Below are positions 46,090-56,616 of a DNA stretch of 64,000 bases, in pieces; the first letter of the stretch is position 1, and every line of letters starts with the position of its first letter. The translations under genes and the position numbers were made by a program. Location: IMG/VR virus record IMGVR_UViG_2751185825_000001, one strand, 5' to 3'. The notes beneath the pieces are model-generated. The model searched no databases. It was not told where the DNA came from and saw only the letters and a list, made by a program, of their open reading frames with translations. Source of the DNA: a virus.

Positions 46090-46178
46090 TTCACTCCACC
46101 CCACACAACCCGCTTCGGCGGGTTTTTTTATTTCAGGCCCACCGCGACCGTTCGCAGTGGGCCTTTTTGTTGGCCGCC

Positions 46179-49100
46179 ATGTCTGAACTCAAAGCAAAAA
46201 TCGTTTCGGAATTCGACGCAGGTCCGGTCGAATCCGGCGTCGCCAAGGTCAAGCGGTCCATGTGGGATCTCACCCAAGCCACTGAGGAGGCTGGCAAGAA
46301 GGGTGAAGAGGGCTTCAAGAAGATCGGCAACGGCGCGGACGAGGCAGCAAAGAAGAACAAGCGTTCCACGGCTTCAATTGAGCGGGAATTGCAGCGCGTG
46401 ATCGCCCAGATGGAGTCTGCGGGCGACAAGGCCAAAGAGCTTGAGCTGCGCATGCAGATGCGTGGCATTGATACGTCCACGTTTAGCGGCTACCTGAGCA
46501 AGATCCGCGAGCTGCAGAAGGCCCAGCAAGACATGGCCGCCAGCGGTGAAATGTCAGGAAAGGCCATGTCTGCGGCGCTGCGCAATGTGCCAGCACAGAT
46601 GACCGACATCATCGTGTCCTTGCAGGGCGGCCAGAAGCCCATGACTGTGCTGCTGCAACAGGGGGGTCAGCTTAAGGACATGTTTGGCGGCGTAGGTGCT
46701 GCTCTCAAAGCAGTAGGTGGTTACGCGCTGGGCATGGTGAACCCGCTCACAGTGTCGGCAGCGGCTGTGGCTGCTCTGGCCATGGCCTACAACAGCGGCG
46801 CCAACGAAGCTCATGCATTCGGCAAGTCGTTGGCGCTGAACAACGATCAGATCGGCCTGTCTCGCGATCAGCTTGTCAATCTGTCTGCAGCGGTGGCATC
46901 GCTGTCGTCCAGCGGTAATCTCGGCAAAGCCGCTGAGGTCATGAATGCCATTGCTGCCAACGGCAAGACAGGCACTGGCGCCATTCATGAGATGGGTCTT
47001 GCGATCACCGAGCTGTCGGCGATTACCAGCAAATCCGTAGACGACCTTGTTGGGGAGTATGAGCAGCTCGCGAAATCCCCGTATGAAGCCTCATTGAAGC
47101 TCCAAGAGAGCTACAACCATCTGAACGCTGCGACGCTTGAACACATCAAGTCGTTGGAGGACCAGGGCAAGAAGGCGGATGCTGCTGCCGTGGCGCAGAA
47201 GGCTCTTGCAAACGCCCAGCTTGAGGCTGCCGAGCGGGTGAAGGCTAACCTTGGCGCGCTGGAACGTGCATGGGCGGCCACGGGCAGCGCAGCAAAATCG
47301 GCGTGGGACTGGATGCTTGGTCTGGGCCGAGCAGATACCGCCGTCCAGAAGCTGCAGAAGCAGACTGAAATTGTCACCACACTGCGAGACAAGCTGCAGT
47401 CGCGCATGGATCGCGGGATTGCCACCAGTGGCCTGGAGCAGCAGCTCACCGCGTCCACCAAATACCTTCAGCAACTCACGCAGGAGGTCAAGGCGGAGAC
47501 TGCGGCGAACCGCGAACGATCAACGCGGAACAAGCTCCAATCCGATGGCGTTGCTGCGTTGGCAGCGGTTTCTGCGGTCAACGAGAAGGGCCTGAGCAAG
47601 ACGCAGCAGATGAACAAGGCGCTGGAGAATTACCGCGCCAACATCGAGACATTGCGCAAGGCTAACCCGAATAGTGCGCTGCTTGACCCCAAGCAGATTG
47701 CTGCGGGCGAGGCGGCCATTCGCTCACAGTACAAGGAGGCGGCCAAGGCATCCGCTGCAGGCGGCAAGGCGGCTGAAACCCAGGCTCAGAACATCGCCGG
47801 GTTGATCGCCCAGGAAAAGGTGTTGATCGCCCGCATCCGCGAGCGTGGCACCCAGGCCGACAAGCTGACCGAAGGCGAGAAGCTGGCAATCAAAATTCAG
47901 CAAGAGCTGACGGGTAAGCTGTCAGGTAAGGCCAGGGCTCAGAAAGAGGCCTCGTTGGCTGCAGCGCAAGAGCTGGCCGGCCTGCAGAAAACCCGTGTTG
48001 CCGAAGAGGAACGCGCCAAGGCCATTGATGCATCTGAGAAGGCCATGCTCAAGGCCATTGATGCACAGCTCAAGGGCGCTGAGGCCAACCGCACCCAGAC
48101 CCAATCCATTCGTGACCAGATCGATGCAATCGGCAAGAGCCGAACGGAGATTGCAGCCGCTGCGCTGGCCCGCGAACAAGCTGAGTTTGAGCGCGCGGCG
48201 GACTCAGGCTCTTGGGATCCGACCTTCCTGGATGCCTGGCTTGCCAAGCTGAAAGAGGGGGCGGCTGTCGTTGCGGGCATGCGTGAGCTTGACTTTAGGC
48301 AAGCCTCATACAACGCCGACGAGATGCAGCGCTCCTTGGAACTGGGCGTCCAGTACGCCAAGCAGGATCTCGACCTGGTGTTCCTGAGTGGCGATCAGCG
48401 CGAGCGGGTCGTGGCCATGCGCGAAATCGAGCGCGATCTGGCCGAGCAGATTTACAAGATCGACAAGATGTCGATCAGCGAAGCCGAGAAGCAAACGCTG
48501 AAAGACAAGGCCGCCATCAATGCCCGCCTGCGCCTGGAACAGACAGCAGCCAAGCAGGTGTCGGACAGCTGGCAAAAGACGGCTGACACCATCAATGAAT
48601 CGCTGACCGACGCTTTGCTCCGTGGCTTCGAGGACGGCAAGGGTTTCGCAGAGAACTTCCGCGACACGCTGAAGAACATGATCAACACGCTTGTCCTCAA
48701 GCCTGTGATCAGCTTTGTCGTGAACCCCATCGGCAACGTCATCAGCACGCTGATCAACGGTGCGTTGGGGAGCCTGACGAATGGTGTCCTCGGTGGTGGG
48801 AACACGCTCGGCAGCTTGATCAACAATGCCAGCAGCGCGTATTCGGCGCTCACGGGAAACAACCCCGTGCTGAATGCCGCCGCAAACTGGTTGGGCTTTG
48901 GGAACACCCTGGGCGCTGGCCAGGGGGTGTTGGCCGCAGGGTCCCCCGGTGCTGCGGGCGCCTGGACGGGTCTTGGCGCAGGCCAGGGTGTGCTTGCACC
49001 AGGCGCGCCCGGAGCGGCTGGGGCCTATACGGGCGGCACGACTGGCATGTTGGGTAGCCTGGGCACGGCCGCCTGGATTGCTGCGCCTTTGGCCATCGGC

Positions 49101-51593
49101 ATGTGGGGTATGTCCTCAATGCCCAGCCGTCCTGACTACTCCGGCTATGCGTCGGCATCGAGCGACCCGACCCGAGATGCTGCAGCGCCCACGGCAAGCG
49201 GGCTGACTGTTGACATCGCCAACGGAATCATTCCGAGCCTCGAAGCGCTTCAGGCCGCACTTGCGGACAGCACCAATGGCCTGAGCATCAACGAGCAGTA
49301 CAGCCTCGCTGTGGGCCCTGAGGACCGTTTGACGTGGGCCGGCGCGCCCGACCTGATCGGCTCCCTTGAGCGCGCCGGCGTGACATTCGCCGACGACCTC
49401 TCACGCGAGTACCTGCAGCGCATGAGCCGTGGCGACCAGGTCTTCTACACGGGTGAGGGGTATGTCGACCCCAGCACGATGTGGATCGATGGCCAGTCCA
49501 GCGGCATGCGTGACTTCACGTACAGCGCCGAGATGACGCAGTGGGGCCGGCAGGTTGCGCAATCGATCCTGGGCCAGCTTGAGTCTGTTGCGGACGTATT
49601 CGATCTGGACAGCGACTTCAGGGTGATCGCGGGCCTGCGCGATGAGGCCAAGCGGGATCTGCTGTATGCCGGCCTGCGCATCCAGCAAGGCGACGAGACG
49701 CTGGTGGACTTCGAGGGCAAAGTGGGTGAGGGCGGCACGCAAGAGGCACTGCGCCAGTTCGCCGCCCAGACTCTCGAAGCCTTCAAAGGCCTGGACCTGC
49801 CCGATTGGGCGACCAGCCTCGTCACCGAGACGCAGACCGCGATCAACGAGCTGGACGCCGAGGAGCTTGGCGACAAGCTGGGCCAGACGGCCATCGACTC
49901 GCTGAATGCTGTCCAGGCTGCATTGGTGCAGACCGCACGCGTGCTCGATCAGCTTGGCAAGTCGGTGCTGGAATTCGGCGGCTACAGCCAAGATGTGATC
50001 TACCAGATCACCAGCCTCATGGGTGGCGTGGACTCGTTCAATTCGGTGTACTCCGCTTACGTCCAGGCGTTCTACACCGAGCAGGAGCAACTTGATCTGC
50101 TGCAGCGTCAACTGCAAGAGCAGTTCGGTGCGCTCAATGTGACGATGCCCAGCACGATTGAGGGGTTCCGGTCCCTGGTCGAGTCGCTGGACCTGAACGA
50201 TGAGGCGTCACGCAGCCTGTTTGCCTCGCTGCTGAGCATCAGTCCTCAGTTCGCGCAGTTCGTGACGGCCATGGGCACGGTGGAGGAGGTGGTCGAAGAG
50301 GTCACCAAGACCGTCGCCGACCTGTATGCCGAAGCCAAGTCGCGCACCGACGGCAGTTTCGCGGCGTACCAGAAGAACCAACAGAAGGTCATCGACCAGT
50401 GGTCGGATGTTCAGACCGCTGCCGAAGAGGCTGCCGAAGAAGCGCGCAGCCTCTTCGACCTGCTGCACGACAGCGTGCGCGAGCTGTACGGCAACGTGGA
50501 CAGCACCCGCGCCATGCAAGCCGACCAGGGCAATGCGTACATCAGCGCTGCCCTGGCTGCTGCGCGTGCGACCGGCATCCTGCCTGACTATGAAGCACTG
50601 AGCGATGCAATCAGCGGTGCGCGTGGCGGTCTGGTGTCGTCAGGGTTCGACAGCAAGGCCGAGTACGAGGCAGCCCAACTGATCCTGGCCGGCAGGCTGT
50701 CAGAGCTGGAGGGCTACGCAGACAGCCAACTGACAGAAGCCGAGCGCCAGGCAGCCTATGCCCAGGAACAGATCGACCTCATCAACAAGGAGATCGCGCT
50801 TCAGCAGGAAATGATCGCTGCAATCCGCGAGGGCAACGAGTTCCAGGGAACGATTGCCGAGTTGGCCCAGGCCATCCTTGATGAGCGCGCGGCGAAGGAA
50901 GCGCTGGAAGCCGAGAGGGCTGCGGCAGCAGGCAAAAAGGGAGCGGGCAGTGGTGGCTTGAGCTTCGGCGTCGATGGCAAATTTGTCGGAAGTGGTGACC
51001 AGGGGAAATGGTTCGCGACTCGCCAAGACGCAGAGGATGAACTGCGGCGCATCAACGCCGCTGGCGGCTATGGCTATGTCCGCATCAGCGGCTCAGGCTG
51101 GGAAGCGTTCGAAATGGGGTCCGGCTTTTCGGAGTACGGCGCCATCAAGAGCTTGGCCGACCTGATCCGTTCGGGCGCCTCCGGTGATGCTGTGCTCGAG
51201 GCCGCTGTGGGCAAACAGGTGTCGCAGCTCACCCGAGCAATGGGGTTTGCTGACGACAAGGCCATGGCCGACTGGCTGCGGGAACAGGGCTACACCGTCG
51301 GCTCAGGCGGACTGATCGGTCCCCGGAACAGCTTTGCAGTGGGCACCAACTTTGTCCCCTACGACATGGTGGCCCAGATCCACCGTGGAGAACGAATCAT
51401 CCCTGCTGCTGACAACAGCGCGCTAATCGCCGCCGTGAATGGGCGAGATGGCGGCATGCAAGCGCAACGCACTGAACAGCAAATTGCGACCCTTCAAAAG
51501 GGATTCAGTGCAACGGTTCGCGAGCTGTCTGACGTGAAAAACCTACTCAAGCGGCTGGCGACTGTCAGCGAAGCCACATATCAAAAGGCATAA
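46179..51593 (+). CDS. Tail tape measure protein
   Basis: ~1800 aa, Ala-rich helical; LQQGGQLKDMFGG; C-terminal FAVGTNFVPYDMVAQIHRGERIIP. Confidence 0.95.
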   Translation: MSELKAKIVSEFDAGPVESGVAKVKRSMWDLTQATEEAGKKGEEGFKKIGNGADEAAKKNKRSTASIERELQRVIAQMESAGDKAKELELRMQMRGIDTSTFSGYLSKIRELQKAQQDMAASGEMSGKAMSAALRNVPAQMTDIIVSLQGGQKPMTVLLQQGGQLKDMFGGVGAALKAVGGYALGMVNPLTVSAAAVAALAMAYNSGANEAHAFGKSLALNNDQIGLSRDQLVNLSAAVASLSSSGNLGKAAEVMNAIAANGKTGTGAIHEMGLAITELSAITSKSVDDLVGEYEQLAKSPYEASLKLQESYNHLNAATLEHIKSLEDQGKKADAAAVAQKALANAQLEAAERVKANLGALERAWAATGSAAKSAWDWMLGLGRADTAVQKLQKQTEIVTTLRDKLQSRMDRGIATSGLEQQLTASTKYLQQLTQEVKAETAANRERSTRNKLQSDGVAALAAVSAVNEKGLSKTQQMNKALENYRANIETLRKANPNSALLDPKQIAAGEAAIRSQYKEAAKASAAGGKAAETQAQNIAGLIAQEKVLIARIRERGTQADKLTEGEKLAIKIQQELTGKLSGKARAQKEASLAAAQELAGLQKTRVAEEERAKAIDASEKAMLKAIDAQLKGAEANRTQTQSIRDQIDAIGKSRTEIAAAALAREQAEFERAADSGSWDPTFLDAWLAKLKEGAAVVAGMRELDFRQASYNADEMQRSLELGVQYAKQDLDLVFLSGDQRERVVAMREIERDLAEQIYKIDKMSISEAEKQTLKDKAAINARLRLEQTAAKQVSDSWQKTADTINESLTDALLRGFEDGKGFAENFRDTLKNMINTLVLKPVISFVVNPIGNVISTLINGALGSLTNGVLGGGNTLGSLINNASSAYSALTGNNPVLNAAANWLGFGNTLGAGQGVLAAGSPGAAGAWTGLGAGQGVLAPGAPGAAGAYTGGTTGMLGSLGTAAWIAAPLAIGMWGMSSMPSRPDYSGYASASSDPTRDAAAPTASGLTVDIANGIIPSLEALQAALADSTNGLSINEQYSLAVGPEDRLTWAGAPDLIGSLERAGVTFADDLSREYLQRMSRGDQVFYTGEGYVDPSTMWIDGQSSGMRDFTYSAEMTQWGRQVAQSILGQLESVADVFDLDSDFRVIAGLRDEAKRDLLYAGLRIQQGDETLVDFEGKVGEGGTQEALRQFAAQTLEAFKGLDLPDWATSLVTETQTAINELDAEELGDKLGQTAIDSLNAVQAALVQTARVLDQLGKSVLEFGGYSQDVIYQITSLMGGVDSFNSVYSAYVQAFYTEQEQLDLLQRQLQEQFGALNVTMPSTIEGFRSLVESLDLNDEASRSLFASLLSISPQFAQFVTAMGTVEEVVEEVTKTVADLYAEAKSRTDGSFAAYQKNQQKVIDQWSDVQTAAEEAAEEARSLFDLLHDSVRELYGNVDSTRAMQADQGNAYISAALAAARATGILPDYEALSDAISGARGGLVSSGFDSKAEYEAAQLILAGRLSELEGYADSQLTEAERQAAYAQEQIDLINKEIALQQEMIAAIREGNEFQGTIAELAQAILDERAAKEALEAERAAAAGKKGAGSGGLSFGVDGKFVGSGDQGKWFATRQDAEDELRRINAAGGYGYVRISGSGWEAFEMGSGFSEYGAIKSLADLIRSGASGDAVLEAAVGKQVSQLTRAMGFADDKAMADWLREQGYTVGSGGLIGPRNSFAVGTNFVPYDMVAQIHRGERIIPAADNSALIAAVNGRDGGMQAQRTEQQIATLQKGFSATVRELSDVKNLLKRLATVSEATYQKA

Positions 51594-51602
51594 GGGGGAT
51601 AG

Positions 51603-52511
51603 ATGGCCAATCCATTGCGGGTGCTTCGCCCGTTGACCATTACGCCTGCCCAAATCGTATTCACCAATGTTCCGGACACGGATTATGCGGAGTGGGCAGC
51701 AGGCACAACCTATGCATCTGGCGATAACGTCAAGAAGGGCGTCAATGTTTACAGAAGCCTGATCGACTCGAATACCGGTAACGACCCAGCCGACCAAATC
51801 AACAACGCGGCCAAATGGAAGTTGATGGGCGTCATCAACCGAATGAAGCCCTTTGACGAAAAGCTCAGCACAAAAGTCCGTCAGGCCAATTCAATCATTT
51901 ATCACCTTGATGTCGGGAGAGTGGCAACCTCGGTCATCATCAAGGGAGTTGAAGGGGCTGAATCCATAACCTTGAGGGTGGTGGTTGACAGCACAGTGAT
52001 CTACACCTTAACTGTGCCGATGTTCGCTGTGCCGACTGAATCAGGCTTATGGCATTGGCTATATGGAAATCGTGAGGATGGGACTGATGCCAACTTCTTC
52101 AATCTGCCCACTTACACGGGAGCCACGCTTGAAATTGAAGCAACAGGAACTGCTGACTTGGCGATTGGCGTGATCGCAGTCGGAAGCCTTGTTGAGTATG
52201 GTGAATATGTCCTCACGGGTTCGGGTGTGAGCATCAACAACTTTGCGCTCGGTGGTTACGACGACTGGGGCGACCCCATCATCAATCAGCTTTCATGGTC
52301 TAAAACTGCAACCGTGGATGTTCTGCTCAGAAAACGCGAGGTGGATGCGCTGCAAAAAATGATTGCCAAGGCACGGTTTAGTCCATCTATTTGGATTGGC
52401 TCAGAGGACTACGAGTCCTTGAATATTTATGGATTTGTGGAAAGCTTCGATATCCCACTGGCTTGGGAATACCCAGAGGCGAGATTGACAATTAGGGGGT
52501 TGCCAGAATGA
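51603..52511 (+). CDS. Distal tail/baseplate protein
   Basis: Directly after tape measure; WAAGTTYASGDNV motif. Confidence 0.65.
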   Translation: MANPLRVLRPLTITPAQIVFTNVPDTDYAEWAAGTTYASGDNVKKGVNVYRSLIDSNTGNDPADQINNAAKWKLMGVINRMKPFDEKLSTKVRQANSIIYHLDVGRVATSVIIKGVEGAESITLRVVVDSTVIYTLTVPMFAVPTESGLWHWLYGNREDGTDANFFNLPTYTGATLEIEATGTADLAIGVIAVGSLVEYGEYVLTGSGVSINNFALGGYDDWGDPIINQLSWSKTATVDVLLRKREVDALQKMIAKARFSPSIWIGSEDYESLNIYGFVESFDIPLAWEYPEARLTIRGLPE

Positions 52512-53524
52512 CGGTGCCGTATGTTGATACAAATTTCGATTGGCCCAAAAACTCGGACACCCCTACGGTGTTCTCGGGAAAGGCTGAGACGGCGGGGAGC
52601 AAGCTAAACCCATGGGGTGAGCAACTTAATGACCTGGGCGATTATGTCAATGCGCGCGCTGACGATGCCGAGACATCGGCGACCCAGGCGGACGAGCACG
52701 CCCAGGCCGCCGCCGAGCGCCTCGCCGATGTGCAGACCGCTGCAGCAGGCGCATTCGCTGCTGCCGCCTACAAGGGGGAATGGTCCACCCTGGTAGGGCC
52801 GCTGGCTGTGCCGGCAACGGTCACGCATCAGGGCCGGCTCTGGTATTTGAAGCAGGCCCTTGCCGATGTGAGCACGCAGCCCCCTGCGCTCGGCTCCACG
52901 TATTGGGGTGAGGTGGCGCGCAATGAATACACGATTTTGCCGGCCCCAGCAGGGAATACAGCCGCCGCAGACCGTGTGCTGTACCGCATGACTACGGGCA
53001 CGTCGGTGCTTGTGCTGCCAGCTTCTCCCTGGCACGGCATGACCGTTGCTGCAGTCAACACCTCGGGAACGCTCACGCCGACCATCAACCGCAACGGCAA
53101 GACGATTTGCGGGGATGCCGAGAACTACATCATGAACCAGCTTGGCTGGCAAATCGCCTTGCAGTATGACGCGCCATCCGGAGACTGGGTGTGGGTCGGT
53201 GGGGTGACTGCTTACACAGAAAAAGTTGTGTGGGAGCTGCCGGGTAGCGACATGACGCCGCAGGTCACATCGACCAATGCCGCTGCGGTCAACGGTGCCA
53301 ATCATGTGCTGACAACACCCGGCATCACGCTCACGGCTCCAGATCCGCCGACAGACAAATTCCGGTTTGGGTTCACCAACGCCACGGCCATGGATGTGTA
53401 TGTGGCCTGGGGCTCTAAAACGATCAAGGGCGTGGCGCCCTCACCAACTTCCATGGTCATTCCATCGCGCGGAAGCGCTGTGGTGGAGTGGTCGGCATCA
53501 GCAAATACCTGGGTGGAGCAATGA
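52508..53524 (+). CDS. Tail fibre/tip protein
   Basis: Helical N-terminus, YKGEWS motif, two similar beta-rich C-terminal domains. Confidence 0.65.
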   Translation: MTVPYVDTNFDWPKNSDTPTVFSGKAETAGSKLNPWGEQLNDLGDYVNARADDAETSATQADEHAQAAAERLADVQTAAAGAFAAAAYKGEWSTLVGPLAVPATVTHQGRLWYLKQALADVSTQPPALGSTYWGEVARNEYTILPAPAGNTAAADRVLYRMTTGTSVLVLPASPWHGMTVAAVNTSGTLTPTINRNGKTICGDAENYIMNQLGWQIALQYDAPSGDWVWVGGVTAYTEKVVWELPGSDMTPQVTSTNAAAVNGANHVLTTPGITLTAPDPPTDKFRFGFTNATAMDVYVAWGSKTIKGVAPSPTSMVIPSRGSAVVEWSASANTWVEQ

Positions 53525-54321
53525 GTACCTATCAAATCATTTTTGGCCCCGGCAGTAGCGCGGGGGGCGGCGGTGGCAAATTGCGCTACCAGGAGTTCAC
53601 GGGCAGCGGCACGTTTACGCCCTCCGCGGCGCTGTTGGCGAATGGTGGCCAATGCTGGGTTCGCGCTGTTGGTGGCGGCGGCGGTGGTGGGGGTGGCAAC
53701 AACACCTCTGGGAGCGGTGGCGGCGGTGGCGGTGGCGGGGCCGTGAAGTTTCAGCCGATTACCGTCACGGTGCCTATCACTGTGACTATCGGCGGCGGCG
53801 GTGCAGGCGGTGCAGCAGGTGGCGCGGGGCAAGGGGGGAATGGCACTAACGGTGGCACGACCAGCATTGGGGGCCTGCTATCAGCGGCAGGTGGTGGCGG
53901 AGGTGGCGGCGCTGGCACAACCTCAAATAGTGGCGCAGGGAGCGACGGCGCCAGTGGTGGTGGTGGTGGTGGCCGAGCTGGTGGTGGTGGTGGCGGTGGC
54001 GGTGCGGGAGGTGTTGGTGAAAAGGGCACAGCTCCAGTTGGCGGCGGCAACGGCACCCACGGCTCAAGCGGCGGAAGTGGTGGTGTATCCGGTGAGATTG
54101 GTCGCAATGGCGGCCAAGGCCTGGATGGCTTCGGCGGTGGTGGCGGCGGCGGCCATTCAACCGCAAGCTCTGGCGGTGGGGGCTCCAGTGGCGGCGGCGT
54201 GGGTGGCAATCCGGGCTCCCCTGGACGGGCGAATTCGGGTGGCGGTGGCGGTGGGTCTGGTGGCAACAACGCAGGCGGTGCAGGCGGCAGCGGCTACGTG
54301 ATTTTTATCTGGAACGAATAA
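53521..54321 (+). CDS. Polyglycine-rich tail adhesin
   Basis: FTGSGTFTP...VRAVGGGGGGG...GGSGYVIFIW. Confidence 0.75.
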   Translation: MSTYQIIFGPGSSAGGGGGKLRYQEFTGSGTFTPSAALLANGGQCWVRAVGGGGGGGGGNNTSGSGGGGGGGGAVKFQPITVTVPITVTIGGGGAGGAAGGAGQGGNGTNGGTTSIGGLLSAAGGGGGGGAGTTSNSGAGSDGASGGGGGGRAGGGGGGGGAGGVGEKGTAPVGGGNGTHGSSGGSGGVSGEIGRNGGQGLDGFGGGGGGGHSTASSGGGGSSGGGVGGNPGSPGRANSGGGGGGSGGNNAGGAGGSGYVIFIWNE

Positions 54322-54767
54322 TGCTGACTTACGCACTCATCAAAGAAGGCGCCGTGGTTAACACCATCGTGGCCGACGCCGATTTCGTGGCCACCATCGC
54401 CAGCGAGTGGGACCACATCGAGCCCGCTGGCGATGCGGGCATTGGCTGGTCCTGGGATGGTGGGACCTTCACGCCCCCCGTGGTGGCGCCCGTTGATCCA
54501 GGCCCCCCGGCTGTTCCTCAGGTCTGCACGCCCGCCCAGGGCCTCGTCGCCCTGTTTGTGCTCAAGCAGATCACCGAGGATGACGTAAAGGCAGCCATTG
54601 CGGGCATCTCAGACCCTGCTGCGCGTTACACAGCGAACATCGGCTTGTCGCGCGCAACTGAATGGCGTAGGGACAGCGAAACGATGCAAGTCATGGCCAC
54701 GTTGCTGTCGCTGTCTGAAGAAGACTTGGATGAACTTTTCACTTTTGCAGTGACCGTCAACGTTTGA
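54321..54767 (+). CDS. Tail fibre assembly-like protein
   Basis: YALIKEGAVVNTIV, GIGWSWDG, LDELF. Confidence 0.65.
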   Translation: MLTYALIKEGAVVNTIVADADFVATIASEWDHIEPAGDAGIGWSWDGGTFTPPVVAPVDPGPPAVPQVCTPAQGLVALFVLKQITEDDVKAAIAGISDPAARYTANIGLSRATEWRRDSETMQVMATLLSLSEEDLDELFTFAVTVNV

Positions 54768-54773
54768 GGACCT

Positions 54774-55100
54774 ATGACATCAGCAGCTCAACAAGCAAAG
54801 GCGCCACTGTCTCTACAGATCACGGGCGGAGTGTGCGATCTGTCCAAGCGCACCTACTTTCATCAAACCGTGAGCAGCAACACGGCGTTCACGTTTATCA
54901 ACCCACCTGAAGATGTGAAGATTTTCGAATTGGAAGTGAATCATTCCGGAGGTACGCTTTCATTCCCTGGAAATGTTCGATGGATGGGTGGCAATACTCC
55001 CAGCGGATACACAACAGGAAAGATTCACCTCTTCCAATTCCGCCGTCCGCAATCGACCGGAGCTGACCAGTGGATCGGCTCATTCATCCTGAATAGCTGA
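54774..55100 (+). CDS. Stand-alone tail-fibre domain protein
   Basis: DLSKRTYF...FTFINPP...VRWMGGNTP. Confidence 0.55.
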   Translation: MTSAAQQAKAPLSLQITGGVCDLSKRTYFHQTVSSNTAFTFINPPEDVKIFELEVNHSGGTLSFPGNVRWMGGNTPSGYTTGKIHLFQFRRPQSTGADQWIGSFILNS

Positions 55101-55101
55101 C

Positions 55102-55851
55102 ATGCGGTTCACCCCCTTTTTGATTGGCCCGCTTGCTCCTCCGGTTGGCCCAAGTTTCACGCTCACGATTGCGAGCAGCGTGTATGCCCCCAACATCCGA
55201 GCCTTGGCAATTGCCGCAGGATGGGACGAAGAGGAGCTTCTGGTGGTGAACATCACAGCGCCAATTGTGGGCGCACTCAACCTGGGTAGCACCCCATTCC
55301 CAGGAGGGGTGACGCTGAACATTGGTGCGAGCTCAACGATTCTCGGTCGCAGGGGAGCGGCTGGCAGAACGGGTGCTTACCACGGCACTGCGGGTGGGCC
55401 CGCGCTCACGACGCGAGTGTTTGTCACTGTGAACAATGCCGGCGAAATAGCTGGCGGCGGCGGCGGCGGCGGCATGGGCGCGACGGTGGGCATCCAGGTG
55501 GAAGAACGATCACGCTCCGTGGTTGGAGGCAACGGAGGGGCCGGCGCTGGACTGGAGCTTGGCGGCACCACGCAGATGTCTGCTCAATCCGGCGTGGATA
55601 GTGGCCCCAGGCAGTGGTCTTACTCTTCGATCACCTTCGCATCTGGCTGGGCGGAAGGTGGCGATGGTGGGGACGGAGGTGGTCTGGGTGAGGCAGGAGC
55701 ACAGGGTACTGGTGGTTCATTCGGCGGTGATGTGAGCAGCTACAGCCGTAGTGAGTGGGGGTTCGGAGCTGCTGCAGGAGCGGCGGTTGACGGCAACAGC
55801 TACGTCACGTGGCAGTCTGCCGGAACTCGGCGAGGAGCACTCATCAATTGA
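55102..55851 (+). CDS. T-even gp38-like receptor-recognising adhesin
   Basis: VVNIT, VTLNI, ILGRRG, GGPAL, VNNAGEIAGGGGGGG, GAAVDG...RRGA. Confidence 0.7.
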   Translation: MRFTPFLIGPLAPPVGPSFTLTIASSVYAPNIRALAIAAGWDEEELLVVNITAPIVGALNLGSTPFPGGVTLNIGASSTILGRRGAAGRTGAYHGTAGGPALTTRVFVTVNNAGEIAGGGGGGGMGATVGIQVEERSRSVVGGNGGAGAGLELGGTTQMSAQSGVDSGPRQWSYSSITFASGWAEGGDGGDGGGLGEAGAQGTGGSFGGDVSSYSRSEWGFGAAAGAAVDGNSYVTWQSAGTRRGALIN

Positions 55852-55906
55852 CAGCAACTCCACACAACACAGGCCACCTCCGGGTGGCTTTTTTCATGGA
55901 GCCCAC

Positions 55907-56122
55907 ATGAGCGACCAGATCGAGACACGCGTCACACGGCTCGAAGAGCGGGTCACGTCGATTCGCTCAGATGTCACCGAGCTTGAGCGCGATGTCAAAG
56001 CCAACTACGTGACGAAGACCGAGCTGTCACCGATTGCGAAGTTGGTGTACGGCGCTGTCGCCATCATGCTCATGGCCGTCATCTCCGCCGTGGTTGCGCT
56101 CGTCGTGGGCAAAGGGGGCTGA
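55907..56122 (+). CDS. XhlA-like/holin-associated membrane protein
   Basis: RVTRLEE coiled coil plus C-terminal TM. Confidence 0.65.
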   Translation: MSDQIETRVTRLEERVTSIRSDVTELERDVKANYVTKTELSPIAKLVYGAVAIMLMAVISAVVALVVGKGG

Positions 56123-56123
56123 C

Positions 56124-56612
56124 ATGCTGGCATTTCTGGAAACGGTCCTGCCCGAGCAGGAAGTCATCACCCGAAAGCAGCAGCTCTGGCAGTACGCCGG
56201 GCTGACTGTGCTGCTGTTGATCTGCGGCCTGGTCTGCACGCTCATTGGCGTCACTGTCACTGAGTGGCGCAACTCGCGCGAGCGCACGCAGCTTATCGAG
56301 AGCTACACCAGCCAGATCAATGCCCTGACAGGTCAGGTTCTGGCTGCGCAAGACAAGCAGGCCACAACCTTGGGTGAGACCAAAGAAGTGATCTATGAAG
56401 TGCGCACCCTGGTGGGTGAGCTGGCCACCACAAGCGCCAAGGTCAAGGCCGGTGCTGCCCAGGTGGACCAAGCCGCCGCCGCCGTGCGCAAGGCTGCGGC
56501 CACGGTGCGCAAGCCATCGCCACCGCCGCCCAGGTTCTTGCCGCCAACACAACCGGCTGATCGGCCTCCGCACCCACCCGTGCCCCGGCCAATGCCGATC
56601 TACCAAAACTGA
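56124..56612 (+). CDS. TM/coiled-coil lysis-module protein
   Basis: TM, coiled coil, Pro-rich tail. Confidence 0.55.
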   Translation: MLAFLETVLPEQEVITRKQQLWQYAGLTVLLLICGLVCTLIGVTVTEWRNSRERTQLIESYTSQINALTGQVLAAQDKQATTLGETKEVIYEVRTLVGELATTSAKVKAGAAQVDQAAAAVRKAAATVRKPSPPPPRFLPPTQPADRPPHPPVPRPMPIYQN

Positions 56613-56616
56613 CCCC

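Noticed and set aside
48907..49036. Tandem 21-aa duplication in the tape measure (LGAGQGVLAxGxPGAAGAxTG) as a separate element
   Set aside because: In-frame local repeats are normal for tape-measure proteins
53560..54300. GGT/GGC runs as contingency microsatellites
   Set aside because: In-frame glycine codons with mixed third positions, explained by protein composition
51603..55851. Diversity-generating retroelement or invertible tail-fibre shufflon
   Set aside because: No reverse transcriptase, no TR/VR pair and no invertase or inverted crossover sites seen
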